Origin: Marsupella aquatica
Taxonomy: Eukaryota; Plantae; Marchantiophyta
Assembly: GCA_973895155.1 (NCBI GenBank)
Contig: OZ316894.1
Coordinates: 11,463,892-11,527,891, forward strand
Direction: 5' to 3'
DNA: 64,000 bases
The position numbers were made by a program, and so were the translations under genes. This document shows, in pieces, positions 61,512 to 64,000 of this stretch. Below the pieces are notes generated by a model, which saw only the letters and a program-made list of their open reading frames with translations, searched no databases and was not told the DNA's origin. How positions within the stretch are numbered: position 1 is the stretch's first letter; the number at the start of each line of letters is the position of its first letter.

Positions 61512-64000
61512 GTAGTGCGGGTGCAGGTTCCCAATTTTGAAACAATTTGGCTCATTTTATGTCCCGAGGGACTCCAGGAGTTTATGTATTGAGTTTCTAG
61601 GTGAAGATGCTTAATATAAGGAAATTCAATTATCACTTCGTTCCCAACTTCTATTAATTGAATATACACAAGCTGGAAGCAAGAAGACAAGCCACAATCT
61701 AGCATCTTAGCCAAACACAATCGTTCCGACAAAGCAAAACTCAGCTGGACAGAAGTCACTCGGATCCACAAAAAATTGAAGATTCACCTCCAAGCCGGAG
61801 GCCGATCACTTTAGTACAGCAGCTTCTGGATGGAACAAACTCTGCTCAGCCCCACAGAAACACAAATGTTAAGGCTCCAAGTCAGAGCTCACAAACAGAA
61901 ACTCAGATAAATAACATTCAAAATCTGTCCAGGTTTGTGCAAAGTGTACATATTCATTCTTCTGGAATGAACACGCAATCCATAAGAACGAAAGTAGGAA
62001 GGCAAGCGCACGGGCCACCGAGAAAAGTAAAGGATGCATGTGTTAGTGGGGAGGGATCTTAGCAAAAACAGGGGAAAGCAAGGGAACTTGCTGCTAAAAT
62101 CAGCTGAACGATTGCACGGTTCCTATAATATTTAGTGGACCTTAAGGCCGTCTGTTCACCCCCCCACCCCACCGCCAGAGCATGGGGCACAAGGCATGTT
62201 CTGATACAGGGAGGAGCGAAACAGTCATGTCAAGCAAGAAGTGTGGAGAGACCAATCAGTAAGCAAAAATAGGGGAGAACATACATACATCAGCAGCAGC
62301 AGGAAACAAGAAAGATGATTTTGGGTGGCATCTTAGGGTCGGGGACACCACTGCAACACCGGGACTTAGGATATGACTAAATGTAAGCTACACAGTCCTC
62401 CGTTCTCTTCAACAATTACCTTAAACAGTGAAGTAATCTAAATGGATGTTGATCAAAATCAATTGCAACTACGCGGCCCTTGGTTCTGCTGTGGCTACAG
62501 TAGCCAAGAGAACAACTCAGAGCCTTGATTGAAGACTGTGCTCTCAAACTAAGCTAAAGACAAAGAGATATAGAGAGAGACAAAAAAAAGTTGACAGGAG
62601 TGCAAAGCGAGAACCCACTCCCGTTCTTTCAACACCCTAAACCCCGCTGCCTGACTTAAGTTGCATGGCGACAGAAGCAGTCATTGAAAACTTACCTTGT
62701 GATGACAAAAACGCTCTGGGATGGGCTGCTACTCCCAGGACTATCCCACACTCTTAGCGCCCCGTTGCTATTGAGCCACACTTCAGTTCAGCCGCGCACG
62801 CTCAATCTTTGTCATTCAGCTAAGTTCAGCTCCGCAGGGCCTGGACTCACTCTCATCCAATTTCAGTTGATCAGTATTGCAGCTCTCTGCTCCCAAGAAC
62901 AGGTCCTTGCGTTTGTTGAGCGCCTCTATAGACTCACTTACCTCCAAAAACACTGAAAGTTTTTATCTGCATTACAATGAGCTCTAAAGACCAAAAACAT
63001 TCCCGCCTAAACTGAAATAGAGTCCGCAACTACAAGCTTTGCAGCTCAACTCTCTGAGCTCTCCCAGCTCAAAGGTATCAGCATGTTGTACCCACACTTG
63101 ATCGAACGCTCTTCCAATGCTCGCTAGGTTGATCTTCCAATGCTCACGGTAAGCTATGGACACCAAGCTCAGAAGACCGTGGGGAGACAACTAAACTTGC
63201 AGCGACGTAGGACCGCAAAGATAGGGATTACAGCTTTACCTGGGGTGATGCAGCACCAAGCCGTGCTGCGTAGCAATCCGCAGCAAGAATAGTCCAAATG
63301 CAAGCCAAGTGACAAGCTCCTGGTTCTCGATCCCAAGTTGCAACTGAATATCGAATTCACTCTCCTAGCTTCAAGGAATGAGTGTCTATTGAATGTTGAA
63401 TTAAATTCTCGCAAACTCTTCACAGTGCTTCCCGTAGTGCCTATTGTCGATGCAACACACAATCACTCTTGATGCCTACTACTCACATTCCCTTTTCTCA
63501 ATGCAACACACACTCGCTCTTCTTGCCTCCTACTACTCACATTGCCCAACGATCAACGAAAGCAGAAGGACAGGACAGGGAGAACCCTTTTGCAGCTCAG
63601 GACGGCAAGGCTAGGAGTGTATACACATCGGGCCGCAATAAGGTCCAACCTCAACTTCAAAAAGTGCAACGCCAAAACTGGAAGTCGGGTCCAATAACAG
63701 TCGTTAGTAGGATGTGAAAAAACCCCTAAAGTTGCAGCATTGCCATACTCTACTTCCTCACCCGGTAGCGCTAGGCATTCGACCTCTCTCTTCCAAAGAC
63801 CTCGATGACCTCCCACCAGCTCAATGACGATGGCACGCAAAGCTTCCGTTTGGCTTGCAAACCCTTGAGGCAAACCAACTCCCTTGGAGACCCTTCCCAA
63901 AACCCTATGCGGGAGAGAAATGCCGAACGTGAAGACCACTCACTTGTCTTCCCATTGAAGTGGAGACATTAGTTCACAAAAGAGACACAAAAGTCTATGA

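Larger units (their letters stand above)
47006..64000 (-). mobile_element. CACTA/En-Spm DNA transposon with cargo genes; opposite end not found in window
   Basis: Starts CACTACAA exactly where copia RNase H breaks off, followed by subterminal repeats; Tnp2 and TnpA-like genes on the - strand. No TTGTAGTG end and no resumption of copia sequence seen before 64000, so extent beyond about 56400 is inferred. Confidence 0.8.

Noticed and set aside
63431-63440. GTAGTG as a possible second CACTA terminus
   Set aside because: Does not match the expected TTGTAGTG, has no subterminal repeats, and is not followed by the ATG TSD or copia sequence.

Overview
Eukaryotic land-plant genomic DNA (spliceosomal GT-AG introns; overall style suggests a bryophyte/liverwort, which is inference only). 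It holds three intact + strand host genes: a 6-exon IQ67-domain (IQD) gene (12721-17810), an 8-exon TPR protein gene resembling Arabidopsis TPR3 (23565-27036) and a 3-exon cytochrome b5 gene (38367-39755). Between them are Mutator-type non-autonomous elements, minisatellites and a 5'-truncated LINE flanked by an exceptionally long (281 bp) direct duplication. From 42360 a decayed Ty1/copia element is split inside RNase H by a CACTA/En-Spm transposon. The CACTA starts at 47006, and its other end is not found in the window (>=17 kb if it runs to the window end). Upstream of its Tnp2 and TnpA-like genes, and co-oriented with them, are three small genes: an intact stand-alone EDM2-type PHD-finger module, a tandem BRCT gene resembling the Pol-lambda BRCT, and an orphan Cys/His-rich ORF. 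A captured RPL18a last exon and a dense TGACT motif array also lie in this span. This cargo cassette is the best candidate for an undescribed system (transposon-borne chromatin reader / anti-silencing / repair-recruitment kit). All family assignments come from recalled motifs; no searches were run.
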